Source of the DNA: the human T2T-CHM13v2.0 reference genome, Homo sapiens
NCBI RefSeq assembly: GCF_009914755.1
Contig: NC_060930.1
Length of the DNA: 64,000 nucleotides
Reading direction: 5' to 3' (one strand)
Part shown: positions 1 through 19,833 of the stretch, one piece after another
Layout of the letters: each line of letters opens with the position of its first letter
Numbering within the stretch: position 1 is the stretch's first letter
The notes under the pieces: generated by a model
Databases searched by the model: none
The model's input: only the letters and a program-made list of their open reading frames with translations
What the model was told of the DNA's origin: nothing
Program-made: the position numbers and the translations under genes

Positions 1-61
1 AAGAAAGGTGGAGCTTCTGACAGGGAGGTAGAGGCCATAGCAGGTGGAGACCAAGAAGTGT
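1..61 (-). CDS. IMPG1: IMPG1 coding exon 13 (5' part, runs off the window edge): (D)TSWSPPAMASTSLSEAPPF..., mucin-like region
   Basis: Minus strand reads cctccacag|ACACTTCTTGGTCTCCACCTGCTATGGCC...; phase-1 acceptor completes the GAC (Asp) codon begun by exon 12; peptide matches my recollection of human IMPG1. Confidence 0.95.
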
Positions 62-760
62 CTGTGGAGGAAGTACAATTTCATTATGTCCAAGTATTCC
101 CCAAAGAATAGAAAGTGAAAAAAAGAAAATCCAAAATTAAGCTTAACTTAAGAAAATACATAGCATTTGCGTAGATCATTTCAATAGTCATTTTTTTTTT
201 TTTTAAAGAAGAGAAATTGGAACAGAAAGGGCAGGCAGCACTATGTCCCAACCTAGGGAGACAAAGAGTGGATCCCTGTACCCATTTTATTCAGGCCCAG
301 TAGTTCTTGATATATGAGACTAAAAGAGCACCAGTTAACTAGAATTTCTGGAATTACTGCCTAGTCAGACACGATACACTTGGGAACCAAGTAGTACAAA
401 CTGACTAAGTCACCAATTGGTGCCAAACTGCAGCTGGCATTGGAACAGATTTAGATCCCTCATCCCCGTATAGAACTCCCAGACAACTAGGTGTGCAGTT
501 TTGACCCAGAAATTTTATTCACTTTCCAATAATGCAAGTCTGCATTTTATGCAATTGGAATTTTTTTGGTTACAATAATGATGTTTTGGTATTTTTACCA
601 CTTAAAATTTAAATTATGCTTTTCCAAAATTGAGTAATCTAATTGAATAGCTTGTCAATTTGCAAAATGATACTGGGAGTATAAAGGTATTGGTGAACAT
701 ATAATTTGAATGTTACATTGACCATACAACTTGCTGTTTATTAATATTTAAAACCTCTCA

Positions 761-935
761 ATTAGCTGGGTGTAGTAGTACACGCCTGTAATTCCAGCTA
801 CTCAGGTGGCTGAGGCCCAAGAATCTCTTGAACTTGGGAGGCAGAGATAGCAGTGAGCCAAGATCATGCCACTGCATTCCAGCCTGGGTGACAGAGTGAG
901 ACTCTGTCTCAAAATAATAATAATAATAATAAAAT
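761..935 (+). mobile_element. Alu right-arm fragment with (AAT)n tail
   Basis: agctgggtgtagtagtacacgcctgtaattccagctact...gagactctgtctc followed by A-rich tail. Confidence 0.9.
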
Positions 936-1588
936 ACAGTAAAAAACCTTTGCCACAGTTACATTATTACGCTCTGACAATTTCTACCACCATTTTGCAT
1001 TGCTACCTTGGGTAAGTACACATTGAACTATCAAAACCTACCCCTTTTTTGGTACAAAATGAAAATAAATATTTCTAAACTGAGAAAGTGGTGGGAACTT
1101 TCAGATAAACAGATTGTTGAATTATTAAAATATTCCAATAAACCTAAATCCAGAGCCACTGATGATATTTAAGGCATTAAGTGAACAAAACAGGGAGCTT
1201 TTTGTGATTTCTTCAGTGGCCTTTTGGCAAATATGCAGGAAAGCTCTGTTGAAATCCAAATGCTAAGCATGATAAATGGACTGTCTGGATGCAGATATAA
1301 TCTCTGGACTCTCAGTCAGCTAATTTACTACGGTGAAATTACTAAAACCGAAACTCCAAGTGATAAACAGCTCTGAAAGTTGGAATCATATTAGTTTTAT
1401 TACTTTCTTAAAATAAAACCTGTCTGTTGGTGAGTTATGCCAGATTTCAGAGAAGCACCCTCTTTTCTCTCACCTGGGGAGGGTACCTGCGTGTGTCTAC
1501 TCATAATTCACTCAATTGTGAGAAATAATGTTACCTAATATCTAAGATCTCTCTGGAGATACACTTAAAGTTTTATTAAAATCTCCAT

Positions 1589-1952
1589 TGCTATGGGCTG
1601 AATGTTTGTGTCCATGCAAAACTTGTATGTTCGGGCTCTAATCCCCAATGTGATGATATTTGGACATGGGTCTCTGGGAGGTAATTAGGTCATGAGGGTG
1701 GAGTCCTCATGAATGGAATTACTGGTCTTGTAAGAAGAGACTCAAGAGAGATGATCTCTCTTTCTGCCATGTGAGAATATAGCAAGAAGGCAACAAACTC
1801 CAAACCAGGAGGAGAGCCCTTGTCAGGAATAAAATCTGCAAGCACCTTGATCTGGCATTTCTTGGTCATGAGAACCGTGAGAAATATATTTCTATTGTTT
1901 AAGACATCCAGTCCATGATATTTCATTATGGAAGTCTGAGTTGACTAAAATA
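1589..1952 (+). mobile_element. MaLR solo LTR, MLT1A-like
   Basis: Begins tgctatgggctgaatgtttgtgtcc; contains ggtcatgagggtggag and gcaccttgatctgg motifs. Confidence 0.85.
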
Positions 1953-2239
1953 TCCACAAACAGATCTGGGATGATAAATTGAAAGGATTTGATTTGACTT
2001 TTTTTGTGTCATGGGAAATGCATTTGAATCTGTGTTCTTATGATGTGATCTCTGCTCCTGCGGGTGATAAGAGTTGGCAAGAAGCACAATGATAGATGTC
2101 TTCATTTTGCTCTTTCACCAGCATTTCATTACTCACACCTTTCTTACTATGTAGACTTTAACCTGTTTAAAATAGGCTTCTACATTATGTCATCAATCAA
2201 CAAAAATAAATTTCTGGCCATTTCCCTTTGTGACATCTT

Positions 2240-2557
2240 TTTAAATTTTATACTTTAAGTTCGAGGATACATGTGCAGAACATGTAGGTGTGTTACACAG
2301 GTATACATGTGCCATGGTGGTTTGCTGCATTCATCAACACATCATCTATATTAGCTATTTCCCCTAATGTTATACCTCCCCTATCCCTCCCCTACTGTGC
2401 GACAGGTGTGTGATGTTCCCCTCCATGTGTTCTCATTGTTCAACTCCCACTTATGAGTGAGAACATGTGGTGTTTGGGTTGCTGTTCCTGTGTTAGTTTG
2501 CTGAGAATGATGGCTTCCAGCTTCATCCATGTCCCAGCAAATGACATGAACTCATCC
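2240..2557 (-). mobile_element. Extra L1PA7/8-like 3' tail fragment in tandem with the full-length L1
   Basis: Second copy of the L1 3'UTR (tatactttaagttc...gaactcatcc) lying inside the same TSD. Confidence 0.9.
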
Positions 2558-2795
2558 TTTTTTTCCCTTTTTATTATTTATTTATATTTTTATTATACTT
2601 TAAGTTCTGGGATACATGTGCAGAACGTGCAGGTTTGTTACATAGGTATAACTGTGCCATGGTGGTTTGCTGCACCCATCAACCAGTCATCTACAATAGG
2701 TATTTCTGCTAATGCTATTCCTCCCCTAATCCCCCACCCCATGACAGGCCCCAGTGTGTGATGTTCCCCTCCCTGTGTCCATGTGTTCTCATTGT

Positions 2796-6912
<4,117 letters not shown>

Positions 6913-6975
6913 TATGATGTTAGCTGGTTATTTTGCCCGTTTGTTGATGGAGTTTCTTCGTAGTGTCTATGGTCT

Positions 6976-7969
6976 TTACAATTTGGTATGTTTTTGCAGC
7001 GGCTGTTACCAGTTGTTCCTTTTCATATTTATTGCTTTCTTCAGGAGGCCTGGTGGTGACAAAATCTCTCAATATTTGCTTGTCTGTAAAGGATTTTATT
7101 TCTTCTTCGCTTATGAAGCTTAGTTTGGCTGGATATGAAATTCTGGGTTGAAAATTCTTTTAAGAATGTTGAATATTGGTCCCCACTCTCTTCTGGCTTG
7201 TAGCTTTCTGCAGAGACCTGCTGTTAATCTGATGGGCTTCCCTTTGTGCATAACCCAACCTTTCTCTCTGGCTGCCCTTAACATTTTCCCCTTCATTTCA
7301 ACTTTGGTGAATCTGATGATTATGTGTCTTGGGGTTGCTTTTCTCGAGGAGTATCTTTGTGGTGTTCTCTATATTTTCTGAATTCAAATGTTGACCTGTC
7401 TTGCTAGGTTGGTGAAGTTCTCCTGGATAATATCCTGAAGAGCATTTTCCAACTTGGTTCCATTCGCCCCCTGCATCACTTCCAGGTACACCAATCACAT
7501 GTAGGTTTGGTCTTTTCACATAGTCCCATATTTCTTGGAGGCTTTGTTTGTTCCTTTTCATTTTTTTTTCTCTAATCTTTTATTCATTGAGTTGATCTTC
7601 AACCTCTGACATCCTTTCTTCCGCTTGACCGATTCGCCCATTAATGTGTATGCCTCACGAAGTTCTCGTGCTGTTTTTTCCGGCTCCATCAGGTCATTTA
7701 TGTTCTTCTCTAAACTGGTTATTCTAGTTAGCAATTCCTCTAACCTTTTTTCAAGGTTTTTAGCTTCCTTGCATTGGGTTAGAACATGCTCCTTTAGCTT
7801 GGAGGAGTTTGTTATTATCCACCTTCTGAAGCCTTCTTATGTCAATTTGTCAAACTCATTCTCCGTCCAGTTTTGTTTTCTTGGTGATGACAAGTTGTGA
7901 TCCTTTGGAAGAGAATAGGCATTCTGATTTTTGGAATTTTCAGCCTTTTTTGCACTGGTTTTTCCTCAT
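6976..7969 (-). pseudogene. L1 ORF1 remnant
   Basis: Fragment MKRNKQSLQEIWDYVKRPNL; start and stop at the expected L1 positions. Confidence 0.85.
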
Positions 7970-9397
7970 CTTTGTGGATTTATCTACCTTTGGTCTTCGA
8001 TGTTGGTGACATTCAGATGGGGTTTTTGTGTGGACGTCCTTTTTGTTGTTGTTGATGCTATTCATTTCTGTTTGTTAGTTTTCCTTTTAACAGTCAGGCC
8101 CCTCTGCTGCAGGTCTGCTGGAGTTTGCGGGAGGTCCACTGTAGACCCTGTTTTCCTGGGTATCACCAGAACAGCAAAGATTGCTGCCTATTTCTTCCTT
8201 TGGAAGCTCCATCCCAGAGAGGCACCTTCCAGATGCCAGCCAGAGCTCTCCTGTATGAGGTGTCTGTCGACCCCTGCTGGGAGGTGTCTCCCAGTCAGGA
8301 GACACAGGGTTCAGGGACCCACTTGAAGAGGCAGTCTGTCCCTTATCAGAGCTCAAGTGCTGTACTGGGAGATCTGCTGCTCTCTTCAGAGCCGGCAGGC
8401 AGAAACGTTTAAGTCTGCTGAAGCTGCATCCACAGCCCCCCCTTCCCCCAGGTGCTCTGTCCCAGGGAGATATGAGTTTGATCTATAAGCCTCTGACTGG
8501 GGCTGCTGCCTTTCTTTCAGTGATGCCCTGCCCAGAGAGGAGGAATCCAGAGAGGCAATCTGGCTACAGCAGCTTTGCCAAGCTGCAGTGTGCTCCGCCC
8601 AGTTTGAACTTCTTGGTGGCTTCCGCTGTGAGGGGAAAACTGCCTACTCATGCCTAAGTAATGGTGGACTCCCTTCCCCTCACCAAGCTCAAGCATCCCA
8701 GTTCAACTTCAGACTGCTGTGCTGGCAGTGAGAATTTCAAGCCAGTGGATCTTAGCTTGCTGGGCTCCATGGGGGGTGGGATCTGCTGAGATAAACCACT
8801 TGGTTCCCTGGTTTCAGCCCCTTTTCCAGGGGAGTGAACAGTTCCCTCTCGCTGGCGTTCCAGGCAACACTTTGGTATGAAAAACAAACTCTTGCAGCTA
8901 GCTCAGTGTCTGCTCAAACGGCTGCCCAGTTTTGTGCTTGAAACCCAGGGCCCTGGTGGTGTAGGCACCTGAGGAAATCTCCTGGTCTGTGGGTTGTGAA
9001 GACCATGGGAAAAGCGTAGTATCTGGCTGGAATGCACCGTTCCTCACGGCACAGTCTCTCATGGCTTCCCTTTGCTAGGGGTGGTAGTTGCCCAACTTCT
9101 TGTGCTTCCTGGGTGAGGTGATGCCCCACCCCACCCTGCTTCAGCTCACCCTCCGTGGGCTGCACCCACTGTCTAACCAGTCCCAGTGAGATGAGTTGGG
9201 TACCTCAGTTGGAAATTCAGAAATCACCTGCCTTCTGCATTGATCTTGCTGCGAGCTTCAGACCAGAGCTGTTCCTATTCGGCCATCTTGCCAGCCGAAA
9301 AAAAGATGTTTTTTGTGACATCTTAATATTAATCTCTCACATTCACAATAAACCTAACCAAGTTATTTCATTAAAGGAACAATTTGCTATTTAATTA

Positions 9398-9524
9398 TAG
9401 GGTTGCTTGATAAAATACAGGATGCTCATTGGAACATACGTTTACTAAAAATTATTATTTTTAATCTGAAATTTAAATTTAACTGGACATTTTGTATTTT
9501 TCTTTGCTGAGTCCAGCAACCCTA
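9398..9524. mobile_element. MER53-like hAT MITE
   Basis: Terminal inverted repeats tagggttgc / gcaacccta; internal aaaatacagga and ctgaaatttaaatttaactgg. Confidence 0.75.
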
Positions 9525-10366
9525 TTTAAATGTGATTTTAAAAGACTCCTACTCTCTTTTGTTTTGAGATTGAAGCTTTTAAGGTTATAGTCAATTCCTT
9601 TGGAAAAATATTATCCAAACCTTATCACTATTTGTAAGTGTATTTTAAATAATCATGTTTTCATCTAATTCATATGAAAAAATTAGACATAGTAGTGACA
9701 CAGACCAGTCCAACATTGTATTTTTGCACTACAATAGGAAAGTCAAACACTAAAAGCCAAGGCCATTCATTTCACTCTGAACTATGCAAAATGAAAAGAT
9801 TTAAAATAACTGTTATGCTAGAGTGCGTGTGTGGGTCTGTGAGGGTATGGAGTGTGTTTACGTGTATGTGTATGTGGCAGTCCATTGTTTCTAAGTCCAG
9901 CTGCCAAATGTAGAGTATATAGCTATTGTGGTCACTTTCCAGGTTGGAGTTCTGTCCAAAGGCAAGGCCACAAATGATATGGTCCAACCCAAAGTAGATG
10001 AACTCAGGTCCATCTGAAGCCCAAAGTGAGGTATGTGGGTGGGAGATGCCAGAAGCCCCATTAGTAGCCAGAAGAAGACAAAGCAGAAGATGAACAGTGT
10101 GTGAGGAACAAGTACAGATGAAAGGCTATTTTAAATGCTACTAGAAAGGGTCACATATATATGCTGAACCATAAGCATCAAGTGGTTGCTTATTCATGTC
10201 AAAAACTCTCAAAAGAAGAGATTCCATCCAACTCCTTTATATCTTTAAGGGGCATGACCAGCAAATTCTTAATTTTATATCAAACAAATCCATTCTTATT
10301 TATAATAACAAGAAAGTTATTATCTTCCTTTTTGGAATATTATAGAGATAGAAAATGTTAATTATC

Positions 10367-10760
10367 CACTCATTCAACAAATAGACATTGATAGCCTAGT
10401 ATGTGCCAGGCATTATTCCAGGTGCTAAAATATATAAGTGATCAAAGATAAAATTCTGGCCCCAAAGAGCTTACTGTCTAGTGGTGGAAGACAAAAAACA
10501 AAACAAAAACCAAAACAATACAAGGAAAAATACATGGTACGCCAGGTGGTGATAAGTGCTATGGAAATAAAATGAGGCAGAAAAGGGGATGGAAGTACAG
10601 GGTTTCCAATTTTATACAGTTGTCATTGAGAATATAATATTTGAGAATAGACCTGAAGGAGATGAGTTAGCCATGCAGCAAATGCAAGTGAGAAGGCCAA
10701 AAGAAGAAGAATGCCTGTCATGCTCAGGGAGCAGCTAGCTGGGAGAACAGCATGGCCACA
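10367..10760 (-). mobile_element. L2 3' fragment
   Basis: cattcaacaaata...tatgtgccaggcatt...gataagtgctatgga motifs. Confidence 0.7.
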
Positions 10761-11091
10761 GTGGAATTCTATACTATCAATCAAGTGTCAGGGTGGCTAA
10801 AGACATTTTCAAGCACACAGTCTTAAAATTTTTTCCCAGGCACCTTTTCTTAGCGTGTGTTTACCTAAAATGAGGTTGTAAACCAAGAAAAAGAAAGAAA
10901 TGGGATACTGAAAAATGTTCAGGGAAAGGGAAATCTCCAGGAAATGGTAAAGGGGACTTGAAATACACAGTTACCCAGGTGTAAAATGCAACCAGTTAAA
11001 AACTGGATTCATCTCAAGAGACAGGTACATTGAATGCATCTTTCACCAAGACTTCTGCAATTGTACCAATTTTTAAAAGATTTCTTTGCCA

Positions 11092-11384
11092 TTTTTTTTT
11101 TGAGACAGGTTCTTACTTTGTCACCCAGGCTGGAGTGCAGTGGCATGATCACGGCTCACTGCAGCCTTAAACTCCCTGTCTCAAGCACTCCTTCCTCCTC
11201 ATTCTCTTGAGTAGCTGGGACCATGTGCATGCACCACCACACCCAGCAATTAAAAAAATTTTTTTTTTATGTAGAAATGGGGGTCTCTCGATGTTACCCA
11301 GGCTGGTCTCAAACTCCTGGGCTCAAATGATCCTTCTGCCACAGCCTCCCAAAGTGTTGGGAGACATGACCCATCATGTCCAGC
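11092..11384 (-). mobile_element. AluJ
   Basis: Diverged dimeric Alu with J-type ctcctgggctcaa. Confidence 0.9.
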
Positions 11385-11679
11385 AACAATTTATTTTCCA
11401 GCTTTATTAAGGCATAATTGACAAATAAAAGGTGTGTACCAAATTTCTTAACCTGACAAAACTACTGGATGAAATGTTCCACAGAACAGGAGAATAAACC
11501 CAGAGGGAGAAGGGATCAAGGAATCCAAACTGGGAGAAAGGCCAAGGAAAATCCAAGATAGCAAAACAGGTAGCAAAGGGAAGACCCAGAAGACAGCAGT
11601 CCAAAAGTCCTAGAGAGTAGCTGTCCAGAGAGAAAGAGGTGGTATATTACAATTGCAATGGAAAGTTTGAGAAGAATTA

Positions 11680-12022
<343 letters not shown>

Positions 12023-12473
12023 ATCACAGAAAACATTAACTCCAGGAAAACAGAAAGGAAACACAGCAGATTGATTGGCTGAGAATATTTACTATAAATA
12101 CTGAATACTAATTTAATAATAAAATATCACTATATTGGGAACATTGAAGAGAGAAAGAGGGGATGGTATTGCAAGAAACTTAACTCTTTACCTACAATAA
12201 TGGAACGTCAATAAATGATGTATGAAACGATGAGTCAAAAATGCATATTATTTAAAAATATGGGGAAAAATAAATGTCAGACAAAACAGCTGAGTTAAAA
12301 GGGACTGAGTTAAAAGACATTGTTTTTGGTGAGTGTTACTGCACAGTAAAGAGGTGTGAGATAGTAAAATGCTGTATTTGTCATGATTTTGTTAATATGA
12401 TTTGACTTTAAAAAATTAAACTTTTTGAGATAATTGTAGATTCAAACGCAGTTATAAGAAATAATACAGAGAG

Positions 12474-13356
12474 TAACATCTGTGAAAATTGCAGAGTTAG
12501 ACGCTCCAAAAGTCTGTCCTTTCAATAAAAAGCTGGTGAAAAGTGTCGGAATTGACTTTTTCAGAATTCTGGAAACTAAACAAAAGCTTGCAGCAAACAA
12601 GGGAATGCTTAATTAAGAACAACAGCTAAATCTCAGTAAGAACAGTGAACTTTGTGGCATTTTTAACTTACCCTGTTATCCCCCACTCCCCAGCTCAGTG
12701 GTAGCCTTGAAAATAACAGCCCTCATTTCCAGTAGCAGTACTCCAGGGAGCAGAATGGACCTCACTGACAAAGAGTTTTACTTATTTGTTTCAACCTGAC
12801 TCCCTGGAATACCAACTCAAAAGGCTGGCCTTTATCTTTCCTAACTAGGAACTCTCCTGATGCTAAAATGGTGACCTGGGGAAAGTTTGTCAAAAACACC
12901 CAGGCAAATGCACTAATTGCTACTGTGTGAGGCAATGGATAACAGCTGGGCACACAATAGACTAAGCAAAAACTTGGGAGGAAAGGCTGGGGAATGAGAT
13001 GCTTTGGGGAAAAAGCACTTTCAAAAGCTCTGACATATTTTGGGGAATCTAGAGGGCCACTTTAATGCCCAGGGCTGTATGCATGCTCCGTAAGGACCTA
13101 AGAATGCATATAGTTCTGGGCATTAAATTCTCATCTCTGTCTGACCTTCAAAGTTCTGCAAAAGCACGAAGAGAAGGCTAATCGGGAAGTGGCTGCTTTC
13201 TGGTTATGGGGGTTCTTTTGGAGATGATGAAAGATTTCTGGAATTAGACAGTGCATAACATTGTAAACATATTAGAAACCACTGAATTGTCTACATACAA
13301 TGATTAAAATGGTGAATTTTATGTTATGTGAATTTTATCTCCATAAAGAAAAAATA
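12474..13356 (+). mobile_element. Internally deleted L1M element (5' region joined to an L1MB-type 3' end)
   Basis: L1M 5'-like sequence to about 13180, then a 3'-terminal motif (ttggagatgatgaaag...ggtgaattttatgttatgtgaattttatctc); flanked by a 15-bp TSD. Confidence 0.65.
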
Positions 13357-13652
<296 letters not shown>

Positions 13653-14566
13653 GAGAGAGAGAAAAATGAAAAAATAATATAGAGAGAATTTGCATACTCA
13701 TTACCCCTAATAACATCCTGCAAAACTATAGCATAATATCAAACAATGTTGACATTGATAATCTAGAGACAATTCCCATCATCACAAGGATTCCTTCATG
13801 TTGCCCTTTTACAGTCACCTCTACTCTCCCACCCATACCCTTCTTAACATCTGGCAACCACTAATGTGTTTTTTATTTCTATAATTTTGTCATTTCAAGG
13901 ATGTTATATAAATGGAAAAATACAGTGGGATTGGCTTTTCTTACTCAGTATAACTCTGGAGATTCATCCAAATTGTGTGTATCAATAATTTGTTCCTTTT
14001 TATTGCTGAGTAGTATTACATTATATAGATGTACCACAGATGGTTTAACCATTTACTCTTGAAGGACATCTGGGTTGTTTCTAGTTTTGGGTTATTTAAC
14101 ATAAAGCTGCTATAAATATGCATGCACAGGTTTTTATGTGAGCATGTTTTCTTTCTCTATAATAAATGCTCAAGAATGAAATAGCTTGCATGGTAGCCGT
14201 ATGTTAAATTTCTGGAGAAATTATCAAGCTATTTTACAGAGAGGCTGTACTATTTTACATTTCCACCACCAGCAATGTATAAGTGATACAGATCCAAATG
14301 CATTTTCCAGCATTTGTTGTTACTTTTTTTTTTTTTAATTTTAGCTATTCTGATCAGTGTTAATGATATCTCATCGCGGTTTTAATTTGGACTTCCCTAA
14401 TAAATAAAAATCTGAACGTCTTTTCATGTGCTTATATACCATCTGTATATGAGGTAAAATGTCCCTCCCTATTTGGTAAAATGTCCATTCTTATCTTTTG
14501 CTCATTTTCTACTGGAATTTTTAATTGTTATGAGAATTGTTTATATTTTCTACATACTTGTTCTTT

Positions 14567-14865
14567 TTTTTTTTTTTTTTTTTTGAGACGGAGTCTCGCT
14601 CTGTCGCTCAGGCTGGAGTGCAGTGTGGCCGGTCTCGGCTTACTGCAAGCTCCGCCTCTGGGTTCACGCCATTCTCCTGCCTCAGCCTCCTGAGTAGCCG
14701 GGACTACAGGCGCCTGCCATCACGCCCAGCTAATTTTTTGTATTTTTAGTAGAGACAGGGTTTCACCGTGTTAGCCAGGATGGTCTCGATCTCCTGACCT
14801 TGTGATCTGCCCGCCTTGGCCTCCCAAAGTGCTAGGATTACAGGCATGAGCCACCACGCCCAGCC
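14567..14865 (-). mobile_element. AluY
   Basis: Y diagnostics (gcaagctccg, ttcacgccattct, gttagccaggatggtctcgatc); TSD aca(t/c)acttgttcttt. Confidence 0.93.
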
Positions 14866-15257
14866 ACACACTTGTTCTTTACCAGATATATGTTTGCAAA
14901 GATTTTCGCCAGTCTGTATCTTTTCTTCTCATCCTCTTAACAGTGTCCTTTGCAGAGCCATTATTTATTCAACTACTTTGTTCCGTCTAGGATATACGAG
15001 ACAAAAATAAAACTCAGGAAACTCACTATCATGTCATATTTTAGGCCCTAAGGTTCCTAGTTAGTCCATCTTCTTCTCTTTACCTTTCAGAGCCTTCTCA
15101 TATTTGTTTTGTATATAATATCAGGGTATTTAGATACACTTAGGAGGAAAAGTACATTCATTTCATCTTCCTGGGGGTGGAAATCTACTTGAATTTTTAA
15201 ATGATGTCCTTATTTTATTTATTAAAAAACATTATTAAAAATATAGACTAAATATGT

Positions 15258-15610
15258 ACTGTTATTTGAATGTCCCCTCTAAGACTCATGTTGAAATTTA
15301 ATTGTTATTGTGGCAGTATTTAGAGATGATTAGGCCATGAGGACTCCCATGTCATGAATGAATTAATGCCATGATCATGCAATTGGGTTGTTATAAAAGG
15401 CAGTTTGACCCTCTCGCTTTCTTGCTCTCACCCCCTCCTGCTCTTCTGCTTTCCATCATGAAATTATGCAGCCCAAAGGCCCTCACCAGATGCAGGACCC
15501 TCGACCTTGGACTTTCCAGCCTCCAGAACTATAAGCAATACATTTATTTTCTTTATAAATTACCCAGTCTGTGGTATTTTGTGACAGTAACATAGAATGG
15601 AATAAAACAA
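15258..15610 (+). mobile_element. MaLR solo LTR, MSTC/MSTD-like
   Basis: actcatgttgaaatttaatt...gccctcaccagatgc...tttataaattacccagtctgtggtatt. Confidence 0.85.
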
Positions 15611-15844
15611 TTTGACTGAAGACAGCCAGGTCAATACTGACAGGCTTTAAGAAATCATTAAAAATGATATGAAAAAGAACAAAGTTCAGAACCTGATCAT
15701 AGAGGACAGGATAAAATGTAGAAGAAAGACAAAAGAAAGCCTACATTTATGTAATTTGTGTCCTTCAATAAGACAACAACATAACAAGTGAATTAGGAAA
15801 AGTCCTCAAACCTATGACAGGAGAAAAATTTTTCTGATACATTA

Positions 15845-16147
<303 letters not shown>

Positions 16148-16215
16148 GGAATTTAGAGGCCCAAACAATATCAAGAAATGATTCAAAATGGAATTATCCA
16201 TGGCAAGTTATCCCT

Positions 16216-16560
16216 TGCTATGGTCTGAATGTTTGTATCTTCCCAAAATGTATATGTTGAAATCCTAACCCCCAAGATTATGATTAAGAGGTTGGGCCTT
16301 TGGTGGGTTGGGGGTGAGAAGGGCATGATTAGGATTAGCATTCTTATAAAAGAGACTCCAGAGAGCTAGCTAGTCTCTTCCAACACAGGAGGACAAAGTA
16401 AAAAGGTGCCGTCTGTGAGGCGTGGGTCCTCAACAGACACCTCATCAGACACAATGTCAGCTCCTTGATTTTGTACTCCCATGACTTCAGAACTGTGAGA
16501 AATAAACTTGTGTATAATCACCCAGTATGAGGTATTTAGTTATACCTCATGAACTAAGCC
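16216..16560 (+). mobile_element. MaLR solo LTR, MLT1A-like
   Basis: Begins tgctatggtctgaatgtttgt; agaactgtgagaaataaac near the end. Confidence 0.82.
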
Positions 16561-17682
16561 CAAATGAACGAAGACACCCCTCAAGAAAGAAAAGTCTTGA
16601 ATCTCAAGGATTAAAACAAAGGAAAGCTAAAGAAAACAAAACAAAACAAAAAACATGTGGGTATCTAGTTAGAAAAAGGAAGCCATACAGAAATTGCCAG
16701 AAAAATCATGCTAGTGTCATGTTTATTGCAGCTGATCACATAGCTGAAGACAAGGGAGCAAAGTTGTAAGTGAAAGAAAGAGTGGTTCAAGAATTTGATA
16801 TTTAGCCACATTGTCCTTCACATTTGGAAGTTACAGGCAATAAGTAGTTGAGCCCTCAGGAGCTATGGAACCCATGAACCCTTTTTGAAACAATTGCCTG
16901 CTGGTATATTCCAGCCAACCAAAAGATAAATCAAACAGAACTCAGGAATGGAGACGCTGTGGGATAGAAGGTTTGAGGGTGAGACCTAAATCTATTTAAA
17001 TATGAAAATCTGTCCAAGAAGCTGTGGGAGTTGTTGTAGAAGCAATTCTAAATTTGTAAACCTTGACAATGGTAAAATACAAACCTAATTACCAAAACTT
17101 GGAGTGTGGAGGAGTGAAGATGGGTAGACTACCAGTGTTCTGATAATTTTATCTTTCATAGCATTACATAAAAAATTCTATCTACTGTTAAAATGTGTAG
17201 TGTAAATCATAATTACATGAAATTAATATTTTAGGTGGTTTTTCTTAATTGCTAGAGATCTTTTAACAATAAATACCTTATGATATAAGAAAATACTTAT
17301 CTGCAATTCAGCAATTTCTTTGGTGTTATTTCAGTTCCTTTTTTATTCTGTTAAAGTCAAGTGAAATTAAATTTAGTAAATTTTATTAGAATAGCAATGT
17401 AGAAAAATTCTACTTTTGTGAAGATACTTCTATCTATCCTTTTATCTTTTAAAATGCTAAATACCTCTATCTTTTTAGATTGTAAGATATCTAAAATGAT
17501 AGATATTATTTTATTATTTCTGAGTAGCAAAATTTTAGCCTTTTTTTTTTTACTTTCTCCATCATTTACTATTTTTCACTTTTAGGGAAAATAACACTAA
17601 CTTAAAAAAGGCTTATTATTTAGCCTCTCAACATATTAAGTTTTCTTCATAGATGTTATTTTTAGATTTTTTGTAAACTTTG

Positions 17683-18723
<1,041 letters not shown>

Positions 18724-19833
18724 AGCACAAAAGCTTCTTGGTTACTTGGAAAAAATATGAAATTTCAAACGTATCTATATTCTAAGAAAAGGTCTTAGGC
18801 AGAACCACTATAGAAGAAAAATATTTTACCACTATCTTTCTATTATTAATAATAACATTAAAAAACATCTGGAGTAAAACTAAAACTGGTAATAAATTTA
18901 ATTCCTAAGCCCTGGGAAACTTCATTGTGTTTTCTTCCTATTTTAGTTAGATGTTTCTATGAGGTTACAGTCTTAAAATCCACTTTTAGAATCTTGGGAG
19001 GCAGAATTGAGGATGGGATAGAAGGATAGGATAATAAACTATTATTTATTTGGCACCTTTATGTTCTAGACACTGTACAAAGGATATTTTAAAAAAATTC
19101 TCCATTTGCCCCAAGCCACTTTATAAACTCTCTGCACTTCCTACTTGATGTTAATTTTTGGAGTCCTTGAAGTATTTTTAAATTATGCCTTTTCTAAGTG
19201 ATTAAAATGCGTAATTAAGAGAGGCAGCCCAAGGCTACAAAGATGGGTGTTGCCTTGAGCAGTGGTCATCATTAAAATGAAATTCAAACTTCTTTTTTTT
19301 TTTTAATATGCTGCATTTCCCTTCTTAAAGCACTAAAGGCCATTTTTCCAGTCTAATTTATTACACTTTCCCTCACTAAACAAACGTGCTGAATCTGTGA
19401 AATCTTATTAGACTTAAACATTATCTCATATAATATAAAAACTAAAGAGCGCAGTCCCAATCATACCTTGTTACTTTCTGTCTTCATTTTGAAAAACATA
19501 ATCACTAATTGCTTTCAGTTTATAATCAGCCCCTATATGAGGAAAGTGTGAGTATGCATTTGGAAAAGAGCCCATTCATGTCACTTCCTGGTTTCCTGGT
19601 GGCCTTAAAATTCGTAATTGCCTTCTCTGGAGAAGAAAATTTTGGGACAAATGAAGTAATTGTGATATGGATTTGACATGCAATAATGTAATTTTTAATA
19701 GTATGATCAAAGTTCAATTCTGGATAGCATCTGAATTATTTATTCCAATACTATTGAAAAGGTTGTGTTTTTCCAGCTCTGATTTGCAAAGCAAAATAAT
19801 CGACACATTCTTCTATCTATTAATAACTTCATA

